In this document: piece by piece, positions 19,495 to 31,579 of the stretch
Layout of the letters: the number at the start of each line of letters is the position of its first letter
Numbering within the stretch: the first letter of the stretch is position 1
Origin: an uncultured Eubacteriales bacterium
Lineage (GTDB): Bacteria; Acidobacteriota; Aminicenantia; Aminicenantales; Aminicenantaceae
DNA length: 36,257 nucleotides
Direction of reading: 5' to 3'
Assembly (NCBI GenBank): GCA_964606185.1
Contig: CAZSGR010000005.1
Span: 1-36,257 of the forward strand
Translations under genes and position numbers: made by a program
The notes under the pieces: generated by a model
The model's input: the letters and a program-made list of their open reading frames with translations, nothing else
The model's database searches: none
What the model was told of the DNA's origin: nothing

Positions 19495-20466
19495 ATGAAA
19501 CTCTTTAAAAAAGTCAAATGGATGGCAGTTCTGACCGGGCTGTTATTTCTCATCGGGTTGAATCTGGTCGATGGAGCTGTGAATAATAAGGATAAGTATG
19601 AAGAAAAATTTGCAAAAACAGTCAGCTTGGCAAGGGATGGCGAGGTTAACTTATCAAATATTTCAGGTCACATTGAAGTGAAGACCTGGAATAGGGGTGA
19701 AGTCAAGATCGATGCCATTAAGATTTCCAAAGCCTCGACTGTTGCCAAGGCCAAGGAGAATGCGGCCAAGGTAGAGATTGTCGTCGAAAAAGAAGGCAAT
19801 ATGCTGAAGATCAAGACTGAATATCCTGAGAGAAAGAAAGGGTGGAGGCAAGACTCGATTAATGTCTCTGTCAATTATAGCCTGACCATACCCGCAAAAG
19901 CGTCTGCCAAGATTTCTTCTGTGAGTGGGAGTGTCGACCTCGAATCGATCGGAGGATCGGCGAAAGCGAAAGCAGTGAGCGGAAACGTTACTGTAAAGAA
20001 GGCCGATAAAGGTGTGGATTGCGATGTTGTGAGCGGAAGCATCATTGTTCAGGACGTGACAGGAAACGCCTACTTGAAGACCATATCCGGGACAATAGAG
20101 GCTGAAGGAGTCAGAGGTTCCATTCAGGCCTCAGTGGTTTCAGGGAGGGTTGAACTGAGAAATGTGTCCGAGGCCGATTCCGTTGATGTGCAGGCAACGA
20201 GCGGATCACTCTCCTATGAAGGGAAGATAAAAAGTGATGGAAGATACACTCTCACTAATCACAGCGGCAGTGTTGAGATGGTCATTCCGTCCGATTCTGG
20301 ATTCGAATTTGAAGCAAAAACCTTCAGCGGAAGAATGTATAGCGATTTTGAAGTGAGAGTCTCGGGCGAGATCAGTAAGCGTAAAATTTCCGGTGTCGTG
20401 AATAATGGTGGAGCGGTGGTTAAACTGACCACTTTCAGCGGCAATGTTTACTTGAAGAAAAAATAA
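19495..20466 (+). CDS. DUF4097 beta-strand repeat protein (exported)
   Basis: Signal peptide; repeated xSGxV/I units; ATG 19495 after AGGAGG. Confidence 0.88.
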   Translation: MKLFKKVKWMAVLTGLLFLIGLNLVDGAVNNKDKYEEKFAKTVSLARDGEVNLSNISGHIEVKTWNRGEVKIDAIKISKASTVAKAKENAAKVEIVVEKEGNMLKIKTEYPERKKGWRQDSINVSVNYSLTIPAKASAKISSVSGSVDLESIGGSAKAKAVSGNVTVKKADKGVDCDVVSGSIIVQDVTGNAYLKTISGTIEAEGVRGSIQASVVSGRVELRNVSEADSVDVQATSGSLSYEGKIKSDGRYTLTNHSGSVEMVIPSDSGFEFEAKTFSGRMYSDFEVRVSGEISKRKISGVVNNGGAVVKLTTFSGNVYLKKK

Positions 20467-20474
20467 CATGTAAT

Positions 20475-20552
20475 TGGAATCAGACCTTATTTGAACGTGA
20501 AGACTCAGGTAAAATCCTCGTTTTTCACAAGCTATTCTAGCAAGGCTTGATC
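20475..20552. repeat. Degenerate GGGTCAGGCCTT/CAAGGCTTGATCC REP-like pair
   Basis: ggaatcagaccttat ... caaggcttgatcc is the same family as the inner pair at 23529-23607. Confidence 0.5.
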
Positions 20553-20567
20553 CTGTTTACTACAAGG

Positions 20568-20602
20568 AGGAGGAGAAGAGGAGAATTCTCCTCCTTTTTT
20601 TT
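20568..20602 (+). terminator. Rho-independent terminator
   Basis: AGGAGGAGAA...TTCTCCTCCT hairpin followed by a T-run. Confidence 0.75.
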
Positions 20603-20762
20603 ACTTTGCCATAGTCTTACTGCTAGATTTTCATCGGCCTTTTCGAAGGGCTGAATAGCAAAAGTCTTCCTTTAAAAAAAATCTGTAATAAATGAATAAC
20701 ATTGTATTTCTGGTTTTACAAAGAAAATAGGAACATCCCCATCTCGTATCTTCTTGCATTTA

Positions 20763-20791
20763 TTGACAATCCTAGAGGTTTATTTTAGAAT
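20763..20791 (+). promoter_or_regulatory. sigma70 promoter
   Basis: TTGACA-17-TAGAAT. Confidence 0.75.
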
Positions 20792-20808
20792 TTCTGGCGG
20801 ATAATACT

Positions 20809-21297
20809 ATGGCGGAGAAGAAGATCCTGATTGTTGACTTTGACATAAAGAGCCTGGAATCACTGGCTGAGCTGTTTGAAAACCATAACATCCAGATTGT
20901 TAAAGCGAGAGATGGTGCCACAGCCTATGAGAAATTTCAATCTGAAAAGCCGGATGTGGTTATTCTTGAGGCCATGCTGCCAAAGCTTCATGGTTTTGAC
21001 CTGACTCAAAAAATAGTTAAAGATAGCAAGGGAAGTGTTCCTGTGATTATTGTGACTGGAGTGTATAAGGGGCATCAGTACAGGAATGAAGCGATGCGCA
21101 ATTTTGGCGCTTCGGGTTATTATGAGAAACCTTTAGATACAAAGAAACTGATGAATGAAGTCTTGAGTCACATCCAGGATGATTCTGAAGTAGAGGAAGA
21201 GATTCCGGAGCTCCCTGATCTTCCAGAAGCCAAATCAGTGATAGAGGGTCTTGCCGAGAGGCTGAAGAAAAAACCCCCTTCAGATAAAAAAGAGTAA
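20809..21297 (+). CDS. Single-domain response regulator with atypical phosphoacceptor (Asp->Glu)
   Basis: KILIVD, PDVVILEAMLPKLHG, IIVTG, YEKP receiver fold; acidic/Pro-rich tail. Confidence 0.88.
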   Translation: MAEKKILIVDFDIKSLESLAELFENHNIQIVKARDGATAYEKFQSEKPDVVILEAMLPKLHGFDLTQKIVKDSKGSVPVIIVTGVYKGHQYRNEAMRNFGASGYYEKPLDTKKLMNEVLSHIQDDSEVEEEIPELPDLPEAKSVIEGLAERLKKKPPSDKKE

Positions 21298-21415
21298 TTT
21301 CCGGAGAAGATTAAATAAACTGAACATGGATTATTTACGAGTTGAGGTTTCCGAAATCAAGAAACGGGGCGGGCAGATTTTATGGATAATTCAGACTAAT
21401 TTTGAGTAGAGAACC

Positions 21416-22207
21416 ATGGATCATTTATGGACGCGATGCAATAACTGCCGCAGGATTCTGTATAAACAGGATATTATCGATAACAACCTAGTCTGTCCTT
21501 CCTGCAATTTTCACTTCAGGTTAACGGCCACTGAGCGTCTGAATCTGTTTTTCGATGAGGGGAAATACACGCTGTTCGACCAGGATATCTCCCCTGAAGA
21601 TCCCCTTCAGTTCGTGGACAGCAAGAAATACTCCAAGAGGCTTGAAGACAACAGGAAGAAGACTTCCCTCCAGGATGCTGTGTTGAATGCCAGGGGAAAA
21701 ATGGGAGGGCTGGATGTCGTTATTGCTGCACTGGACTTTAATTTCATGGGAGGAAGTATGGGCTCTGTGGTCGGGGAAAAAATCACGAGAGCTGCGGAGT
21801 TAGCCCTGAAAGAGCGCCTGCCTTTAATCGTCGTTTCCTGTTCTGGAGGGGCGAGGATGCAGGAGGGCGTGTATTCTTTAATGCAGCTCATGAAAACCAG
21901 CTCTGCGATTGGCCTCTTGGATAAGGCAGGACTTCCGTTCATTTCTGTGCTTGTTGACCCGACGACAGGCGGTGTGACCGCAAGCTTTGCCATGTTAGGC
22001 GACATCAACATTGCTGAACCAAACGCGCTTATCGGATTTGCTGGCCCACGAGTTATCGAGCAGACGATAAAAGAAAAGCTGCCCAAAGGTTTCCAGCGCT
22101 CGGAGTTTCTCCTCCAGCATGGGATGCTCGATAATGTAGTCGACAGGAAAAATCTGCGCTCTTATTTGATAAGAGCTTTACGCCTCTTCCTCAATCGTCC
22201 TGAATGA
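21416..22207 (+). CDS. accD: Acetyl-CoA carboxylase carboxyltransferase beta subunit
   Basis: WTRCNNC...CPSC Zn finger; FMGGSMGSVVGEK; SGGARMQEG; GFAGPRVIEQT. Confidence 0.97.
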   Translation: MDHLWTRCNNCRRILYKQDIIDNNLVCPSCNFHFRLTATERLNLFFDEGKYTLFDQDISPEDPLQFVDSKKYSKRLEDNRKKTSLQDAVLNARGKMGGLDVVIAALDFNFMGGSMGSVVGEKITRAAELALKERLPLIVVSCSGGARMQEGVYSLMQLMKTSSAIGLLDKAGLPFISVLVDPTTGGVTASFAMLGDINIAEPNALIGFAGPRVIEQTIKEKLPKGFQRSEFLLQHGMLDNVVDRKNLRSYLIRALRLFLNRPE

Positions 22208-23493
22208 AATACGAACAATGCCTGAAATATCTTGAAAAGGTCCAAAATTTAGGCATTAAGTTCGGCCTGGATAACGTCCGGACGATTCTTTCTTCCTTCA
22301 ACAATCCTCATCAGAAATACTCTTCTGTCTTGGTTGCCGGCACGAACGGAAAAGGCTCGGTCTGCGCCATGCTCACTCAGATCTTGACCTGCCATGGCTT
22401 GAGCGTCGGACTCTTTACCTCTCCCCATCTGGTCAAACCTGAAGAGAGGATTCGAATCGGCGATCGGCTGGTTTCCTCTCGGGATTTCTGCAGGATACTC
22501 ACAGAGCTCAAGACAAGAATCGAGGAATTGATCGCGTCAAAGAAATTGCTGTCTCCTCCTACCTATTTTGAGTTTCTCACTTGCATGGCGTTCCTTTACT
22601 TTTGGGAGCAAAAGGCAGATATAGCAGTTTTGGAAGTGGGGATGGGTGGAAGATTTGACGCCACTAACGTTGTGGAGCCGTGTGTTTCGGTTATCACGAC
22701 GATTTCCGGAGAGCATCAGAAATTCCTGGGAGAAAATTTGAGCCAGATCGCCTATGAAAAGGCGGGAATTGTGAAATCCGGTGTTCCTGTGGTTTGCGGA
22801 GTCGAAGAGACCGAAGCTTATGAGACAATACAGAGAAGGGCTGAAGAACTCAAAGCTCCCTTTCTTGGAGTATTCGAGAAGGAAGGTTGTTTCTCCATTC
22901 AAAAAAAAGAAAAAGAGCACTCTTTTGTCTATCGGTCGGATGGAGAAAAATACGTTTTTTCACCTTCCCTTAAGGGAGAATACCAGGGAAGAAATGCGGC
23001 GGTGGCCATTGTTTCCTGTGAGCAGCTTTCAGCAAGATGGAGAAAATTGAAGAAGAGTAAGATTATCGAAGGAATTGAAAAGACCAAATGGGAAGGTCGT
23101 TTGGAAGTAGTGTCTCGAGAGCCATTCATTATTTTTGATGGAGCTCACAACGTGGAGGGAGCTCTGGGTTTACAAAAATATATCAAGGATTTTCTGCCTT
23201 CTCCTCTAATCCTTGTTTTTGCCGTGATGCGGGATAAGGAAATCGAGAAGATCGCTGATATGCTCTTTCCTCTGGCTGAAAAAGTCATCCTCACGCGGTT
23301 TCCCTATTTCAAAGCGGCCTCGCCTGATGATATCGAAACAAAAATTCCTAAATATCAGGACCGGATAATTAAGGAACCGGATCCCCTAAATGCCTTGAAA
23401 CTGGCAATTCACAGGGCAGGTTCGGGTGGATGTGTGGTCATCGCTGGCTCTCTCTTTCTAGTCGGCGCTATAAAAAAAGCATGGAAACGTTAA
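22204..23493 (+). CDS. folC: Folylpolyglutamate synthase/dihydrofolate synthase
   Basis: VAGTNGKGS, FTSPHL, LEVGMGGRFDATNV, DGAHN, GSLFLVG. Confidence 0.96.
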   Translation: MKYEQCLKYLEKVQNLGIKFGLDNVRTILSSFNNPHQKYSSVLVAGTNGKGSVCAMLTQILTCHGLSVGLFTSPHLVKPEERIRIGDRLVSSRDFCRILTELKTRIEELIASKKLLSPPTYFEFLTCMAFLYFWEQKADIAVLEVGMGGRFDATNVVEPCVSVITTISGEHQKFLGENLSQIAYEKAGIVKSGVPVVCGVEETEAYETIQRRAEELKAPFLGVFEKEGCFSIQKKEKEHSFVYRSDGEKYVFSPSLKGEYQGRNAAVAIVSCEQLSARWRKLKKSKIIEGIEKTKWEGRLEVVSREPFIIFDGAHNVEGALGLQKYIKDFLPSPLILVFAVMRDKEIEKIADMLFPLAEKVILTRFPYFKAASPDDIETKIPKYQDRIIKEPDPLNALKLAIHRAGSGGCVVIAGSLFLVGAIKKAWKR

Positions 23494-23494
23494 T

Positions 23495-23645
23495 TAAATG
23501 GGGTCAGGGCTTGACTTTGGACATTGCAGGGTCAGGCCTTATCAAGGTTGGGATGATTAATGCTAGAATAGGGTTATACGTAAAACATTCTAACAAGGCT
23601 TGATCCCAATACTAAAATGTCAAAAGTCAAGCCCTGAACCATTTA
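23495..23645. repeat. Nested REP/REPIN-like inverted-repeat element
   Basis: Outer ~30-bp IR aaatggggtcagggcttgactttggacatt / aatgtcaaaagtcaagccctgaaccattt encloses an inner gggtcaggcctt / caaggcttgatccc pair. Confidence 0.8.
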
Positions 23646-23713
23646 TTCAACTTGCTTTTTTGGGGTAAAAATGATAAATTTTTGCCTAATTTTTCCATTT
23701 TCCTTTAATAGAA

Positions 23714-24130
23714 ATGATTGAAATTGATGCCAGTCTGTTCGTTGTTTTTGTAATAGTCTGGATCCTCGTCTTTGTCCTGTCCAAGATATTTTTCAAGCCT
23801 CTCCAGAGAGTCATGAATGAGCGGAAATCTCGGATCAAGGGAGACAGAGAGGCTTTCGAAAAATCGATGGGGGCTTATGAGCAGACAGTCAGCGAGATTG
23901 AAGCAAAGTTGAAAGAAGCAAAGAATCAAGCCCAAAGAATAAAAGAGAAATATGAACGGGAGGCACTCAAGAAGAGGGAACAGATGCTGACAGAGATCAG
24001 TACTGAAACACGGAATCAGATAGAAGAAGCGAAAAAACTGCTGGAGAAACAGGTGAAAAGTCTGAAAGAAGAATTGGAGTCGGAAACCAAGCGCTTAGCC
24101 GAAAGTATTGAACAGAGGCTTTTGAACTGA
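23714..24130 (+). CDS. F0F1 ATP synthase subunit b'
   Basis: N-terminal TM, FFKPLQRVMNER, long charged coiled coil; first gene of the atp operon. Confidence 0.88.
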   Translation: MIEIDASLFVVFVIVWILVFVLSKIFFKPLQRVMNERKSRIKGDREAFEKSMGAYEQTVSEIEAKLKEAKNQAQRIKEKYEREALKKREQMLTEISTETRNQIEEAKKLLEKQVKSLKEELESETKRLAESIEQRLLN

Positions 24131-24732
24131 TGGGCAGAAAAAAAATTCTCATTGTCATACTTTTGCTGCCTTTTTTCGTCTTCATGTCTCCTGAAGAAGA
24201 GGAGCATCCCTCAGGCTTAATGGATTTTTTATGGAAGACCGCCAATTTTATCATCCTCTTCGGCGGATTGACTTACCTTCTGTACAAACCCATCCGGAGC
24301 TTTCTTGAGAAGAGAGCCCGGGATATTCAGTTGTCTTTAAAAGAGGCCGCGGATTCCAGAAAGGATGCGGAACAAAAACTGAAAGAAATAGAAACACGGT
24401 TAGCCGGATTTGAGAAGGAAATTGAGAAAGTGATGAAGGGAGCGGAAAGCGAAGGCCGGAGAGAAAAAGAAGAGACTCTGCAGATGGCGCAGCGGGAAAC
24501 AGAGAAGATAAAATATTTTGCCAAACAGGAAATTGATGCCATAATCCGCTCAAGAATCCGGGAACTCAGAGAATATTCCGCGGCACTGGCAACAGCACTC
24601 GCTGAGGACAGGATCAAGAGGAAGATGAGTCCTGAACTTCAATCCCAGCTGATAAACAGGTCCATCGAAAGGCTCGATAAACTCGATGAAAAGCCAAATT
24701 CTGGTCAAAAGATACACTCTAGGGCTGGTTAA
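24130..24732 (+). CDS. atpF: F0F1 ATP synthase subunit b
   Basis: WKTANFIILFGGL...KPIRSFLEKR; coiled coil. Confidence 0.9.
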   Translation: MGRKKILIVILLLPFFVFMSPEEEEHPSGLMDFLWKTANFIILFGGLTYLLYKPIRSFLEKRARDIQLSLKEAADSRKDAEQKLKEIETRLAGFEKEIEKVMKGAESEGRREKEETLQMAQRETEKIKYFAKQEIDAIIRSRIRELREYSAALATALAEDRIKRKMSPELQSQLINRSIERLDKLDEKPNSGQKIHSRAG

Positions 24733-25228
24733 CTCTATCAAAGATGAGGCAGAGTTTTCAGCTCTTCTCGGGGAGCTGTCCGCCTTCAGAGAGATGCTCC
24801 ACACTCATAAAGAACTGAAAGATACCTTTTTAAATCCATTCCTGCCCACCAGCCGAAAAGTGCAAATCGCTCAAGAACTTTTGGCGTCAACATCTATAAG
24901 GAAAAAAGCAGAGAGATTCATTCTGCTTCTTGTGGAAAACGACAGACTTGAGCTTCTTCCTGAGATCATAGAGTCTCTGCCTGACGCCTGGAACGAAGAG
25001 AAGGGAGTGGATACGTATGAAGTGGCTTCGGTTGTCCCCCTTACCGATGGCCAGAGGAGAAAATTGAAAGTGAAGTTGGAGCGTCTTGAGAAGAAGCCTG
25101 TTGTTTTGAAGTATCGGATCGATCCTGAACTGGTAGGCGGTCTTTTGATCAAAAGAAAAAACATTGTCTATGATATATCGATCAAGGGGAGTTTATTGAA
25201 ACTCAAAGAAAAAATAATTGAAGGATAG
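24686..25228 (+). CDS. atpH: ATP synthase delta subunit
   Basis: [26 protein letters not shown]. Confidence 0.92.
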   Translation: MKSQILVKRYTLGLVNSIKDEAEFSALLGELSAFREMLHTHKELKDTFLNPFLPTSRKVQIAQELLASTSIRKKAERFILLLVENDRLELLPEIIESLPDAWNEEKGVDTYEVASVVPLTDGQRRKLKVKLERLEKKPVVLKYRIDPELVGGLLIKRKNIVYDISIKGSLLKLKEKIIEG

Positions 25229-25236
25229 GCGGAAAA

Positions 25237-26754
25237 ATGGAAATCAAAGCCGATGAAATAAGCAAAATCATCCAGCGCCAGATCGAGGGATATGAGGCAG
25301 AGGTCGACATCAAAGAGGTCGGGACCGTCACCTCTGTCGGAGACGGAATTGCGCGGATCTATGGGCTGGATAGAGTGATGTATAACGAACTTCTGGAATT
25401 TCCCAACGATCTCTATGGCGTCGCGTTGAACTTAGAGGAAGACAGTGTGGGCGCTGTCCTCCTGGGAGAGAGTCATCTTGTCAAAGAGGGAGATATAGTC
25501 AAGCGCACTCACCGCATCATGCAGGTTCCCGCGGGTCCGGCTATGGTCGGAAGAGTGGTGAATCCTCTGGGGATTCCTCTGGATGAGAAGGGACCGATCA
25601 AAACAGATGACTACATGTTCGTCGAGCGTCTGGCTCCCGGCGTTGTCGACCGCCTGCCGGTTAAAGAGCCGCTGCAGACCGGGATAAAAGCCATCGATGC
25701 CATGATTCCCATAGGCCGCGGACAGAGAGAGTTGATTATTGGTGACCGTCAGACTGGGAAGACTGCGATAGCGGTGGACACTATCATCAATCAGAAGGGC
25801 AAAGATGTGATCTGTGTCTACGTGGCCATCGGACAAAAAAATTCCACCGTCGCCTATATCGTCAAAATTCTGGAAGATCATGGAGCGATGGACTATTCGA
25901 TCGTTGTGGTCGCATCAGCCAGCGAGCCTTCATCCCTCCAATTCCTGGCGCCCTACAGTGGATGCGCTATAGGAGAGTATTTCCGGGACAACGGACAGCA
26001 TTCCCTGCTTATTTATGATGACCTCTCCAAACATGCAGCCGCCTATCGAGAGATCTCTCTCCTCCTGAGACGCCCTCCTGGCCGGGAAGCTTACCCTGGA
26101 GATGTGTTTTATCTCCATTCCAGGCTGCTGGAGAGAGCGGCCAAATACAATGATGAAAACGGAGGCGGTTCCTTGACTGCACTCCCCCTCATCGAAACCC
26201 AGGCTGGTGATGTTTCAGGCTATATCCCCACCAACGTTATCTCTATCACAGATGGCCAGATATACCTGGAACCGGAACTGTTCAATGCCGGAATACGGCC
26301 GGCCATCAACGTGGGAATATCGGTCTCGAGAGTTGGAGGGAATGCTCAGATTAAAGCCATGAAACAGGTGGCTGGACAGTTGCGTCTGGACTTGGCCCAG
26401 TACCGAGAGTTGGTTACATTCGCTCAGTTCGGCACAGAACTGGATAAAGCCAGCCAGTCTCAGCTCGACAGGGGTGAGAGACTGACCGAGGTGCTCAAGC
26501 AGGACCAGTACGTTCCCTTGTCTGTCGAGAAACAGATACTGGTCATTTACGCGGGAAACAGGGGATTCCTGGATGAGTTTGGAGTCGAACGCATAAAAGA
26601 ATACGAGAAAAAAATGTTCGAGCACTTTGAAAAGGAACATGCCGATTTGTTAAAAAAGATCGCCAAAAAAAAGGAGATCGATGACGAACTGGATGAGGCT
26701 ATCCATGCGGCCTTGAAGGACTTCAACCTCAAGTTTAGAGAAGAGAAGGAATAG
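25237..26754 (+). CDS. atpA: ATP synthase alpha subunit
   Basis: GDRQTGKT; [24 protein letters not shown]. Confidence 0.99.
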   Translation: MEIKADEISKIIQRQIEGYEAEVDIKEVGTVTSVGDGIARIYGLDRVMYNELLEFPNDLYGVALNLEEDSVGAVLLGESHLVKEGDIVKRTHRIMQVPAGPAMVGRVVNPLGIPLDEKGPIKTDDYMFVERLAPGVVDRLPVKEPLQTGIKAIDAMIPIGRGQRELIIGDRQTGKTAIAVDTIINQKGKDVICVYVAIGQKNSTVAYIVKILEDHGAMDYSIVVVASASEPSSLQFLAPYSGCAIGEYFRDNGQHSLLIYDDLSKHAAAYREISLLLRRPPGREAYPGDVFYLHSRLLERAAKYNDENGGGSLTALPLIETQAGDVSGYIPTNVISITDGQIYLEPELFNAGIRPAINVGISVSRVGGNAQIKAMKQVAGQLRLDLAQYRELVTFAQFGTELDKASQSQLDRGERLTEVLKQDQYVPLSVEKQILVIYAGNRGFLDEFGVERIKEYEKKMFEHFEKEHADLLKKIAKKKEIDDELDEAIHAALKDFNLKFREEKE

Positions 26755-26755
26755 A

Positions 26756-29382
<2,627 letters not shown>

Positions 29383-29411
<29 letters not shown>

Positions 29412-30120
29412 TGATGAGACTCTTGATTCTTTCTACAAGGGTCGAATTCTAGTACTTCAGAAAAAGAAGGGTTACCGCTTTTCGGTAGATGCACCTCTCC
29501 TGGCCGACTTTATCCAAACAAGAGTCGATGATGAAATCCTGGAGTTAGGCACAGGAACCGGTATTGTCTCTATTCTCTTGAGCATCAAGCCCTTTAAACA
29601 CATCACCGCGGTGGAGATTCAAGAGTCCTTAGCTGACCTTGCTCAAAGAAACGTCCGGATCAATGACCTTGGTCAGAGAATCACCATCGTTCGAGAGGAT
29701 TTGCGGAGATTTCGGCCCGGAAAAAAGTATGATGTTATCTTTTCAAACCCGCCTTACCTCAGGAAAGGAGAAGGGCACCTCAGCTCATCAGAAGAGAAAT
29801 CCATTGCTAAGCATGAATTGAAGTGTAACATTTTCGATATAATGGAAAGGACCGGGGAGCTCCTTGAGAAGCAGGGGAGAGCCTTCTTTATCTTTCAGAC
29901 GAAAAGGAAGGAAGAATTCTTTCAGGCAGCGGAAAGGAACAGGATGCGAATGGAGTCTGTTCGTTTTGTCCATCCCAGAAAGGAGGGTCCCTCGAACCTG
30001 TTCCTGGCATCGTGCAGTTTTTCTTCAGAACAGGAGACAATATTACCTCCTTTCTTTCTCTACGATGAGGAAGGGAACTATACTTCCGAGGCCGATGAAA
30101 TATTTAGGGGGAGGAAATAG
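29383..30120 (+). CDS. tRNA1(Val) A37 N6-methyltransferase-like (YfiC/TrmN family)
   Basis: QKKKGYRFSVDA, ILELGTGTG SAM motif, SNPPY, IAKHE; start uncertain. Confidence 0.85.
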
Positions 30121-30177
30121 GGAGTTGTTCTCGAAGTGGGGAAGCATCCTCAAAACAATGATAATAAGATGTGCGGT

Positions 30178-30489
30178 AGATCAGGCTGAGTGCATCAAAA
30201 ACACGCGGGCTTTGCCCCTACGAGCACCTCAGAGGGGAAACAGCTTCGCTTTCCCCCTTCCGACGCTCGCCTCACTCCGCACGGCTCTCTGCCTCCCCGT
30301 CTCGGACTCCATAAAGCGTCTTGCGACCAAGGGGGCATACCCCCTTGGAATCCCCACTGATTTGTGCCAACAGAACATGCCACAAATCAATCAAAGCCTG
30401 CTCGGTTTCAGGCTCCGCTCTCCTCTCCTTCGGAGAGGAACCGTGCCCGCTCCGCCTTCAAACGGTTTTCTCAACACTCAGCCTAATCT
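30178..30489. mobile_element. ~310-bp MITE-like, hairpin-rich element
   Basis: Terminal IR agatcaggctgagtg / cactcagcctaatct (14/15); many internal GC hairpins; outer IR aagcatcct(30142-30150)/aggatgctt(30529-30537). Confidence 0.65.
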
Positions 30490-30695
30490 TTCTTGGGCTT
30501 CACCTCAGTTTTATCCATCACGGAAATAAGGATGCTTACTCTAAGGTAACGCCTTTTGTGAATCTTATCTGAAGATGATAAAATCTAATAACTTATGCGG
30601 GAGCTAATTTTTTCCGCATGCGAGAAAGTTAATAATATAATAAAAGGGTATCCCCTTGGGGAACGTCCCTAATTACCCTAATTATTAATAAGACG

Positions 30696-31187
30696 ATGGC
30701 CAAAAAAAAGTTCAAGAAGCTCAAGGAGCTTATACAGATTCGTGAAGAACTCAGGCGCCAGAACAGGAAAGTCGTTTTCACCAATGGCTGCTTTGACCTC
30801 CTTCACAGTGGACATCTCCACATCTTCCGGGAAGCGAAGAAACTGGGGGATGTGTTTATTGTCGCTGTGAATGAGGATGAATCAGTCAGGAAAATAAAAG
30901 GGGAATCACGCCCCATCTTCCCTCTGGAAGAAAGGCTTGAAGTTTTAGAAGCGATCGAGGATATCGATTATCTCATTTCTTTTTCAGAAGAGACTCCTCA
31001 GAAAGTTATTGCTGCTTTATTGCCTGATGTACTTGTCAAAGGAGGAGATTGGGCACCCGAAGAAGTGGTAGGGAAGAGAGAAGTCGAGGAAGCCGGGGGA
31101 AGAGTGGCGATCATACCTTATCTGGAAGGACGATCCTCATCGGAAATTATCGACAGAATCAATCAATCCGCAGGAAATAAAAAGTAA
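30696..31187 (+). CDS. rfaE2: D-glycero-beta-D-manno-heptose 1-phosphate adenylyltransferase
   Basis: VFTNGCFDLLHSGH, KGESRP, PDVLVKGGDW, SSSEII. Confidence 0.93.
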   Translation: MAKKKFKKLKELIQIREELRRQNRKVVFTNGCFDLLHSGHLHIFREAKKLGDVFIVAVNEDESVRKIKGESRPIFPLEERLEVLEAIEDIDYLISFSEETPQKVIAALLPDVLVKGGDWAPEEVVGKREVEEAGGRVAIIPYLEGRSSSEIIDRINQSAGNKK

Positions 31188-31207
31188 AAAAAGAGATGGG
31201 TGTTTGT

Positions 31208-31461
31208 GCTCAGTAATTAGGTAACTCTCAGGTTGATGATATTAGAGGGAAAAGTGTCATTGCGAGCGAAGCGTGGCAATCTCGTAAGATTAAAGGCTGT
31301 TTTCCTTCTATCGGTAATTTATTTTCCTTTATGAGATTGCCACGCTTTGCTCGCAATGACACAAGGATGAGATTGCCACGCTTTGCTCGCAATGACACAA
31401 GGATGAGATTTCCACGCTTTGCTCGCAATGACAAATAAAAAGTGTTACTGAATTATTGAGC
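31208..31461. repeat. REP cluster: one GTCATTGCGAG palindrome facing three tandem 36-bp inverted copies, inside 18-bp terminal IRs
   Basis: Forward copy 31254-31283; tandem units 31331-31366, 31367-31402, 31403-31433; ends gctcagtaattaggtaac / gttactgaattattgagc. Confidence 0.85.
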
Positions 31462-31513
31462 TAGTCCACCTGTCTTCTTTTTATAATTGGCTCTTTTCAA
31501 TAAAACAATAGTC

Positions 31514-31550
31514 AAAAAAAAGGCCTTATTCCTGAGACCGGAATAAGGCC
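31514..31550 (-). terminator. Rho-independent terminator of the small peptide gene
   Basis: Minus strand GGCCTTATTCC-GGTCTCA-GGAATAAGGCC followed by T8. Confidence 0.85.
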
Positions 31551-31579
31551 GGTTCGTTTAAATATTTTAAAAAGGTAAA

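Noticed and set aside
21326-21409. Small ORF MDYLRVEVSEIKKRGGQILWIIQTNFE before accD
   Set aside because: No RBS or motif; accD is complete from its Zn finger without it.
29864-30572. ORFs of 221, 83 and 62 aa over the MITE
   Set aside because: They overlap the methyltransferase gene or the GC-rich hairpin element, have no recognisable motifs, and are not a transposase.
31331-31433. Possible CRISPR array (three ~31-bp repeats)
   Set aside because: The 'spacers' are identical and only about 5 nt, the unit is a dispersed REP palindrome, and no cas genes are present.
31228-31434. 68-aa ORF with SLRAKRGNLILV repeats
   Set aside because: It is simply the translation of the tandem REP units and has no RBS.
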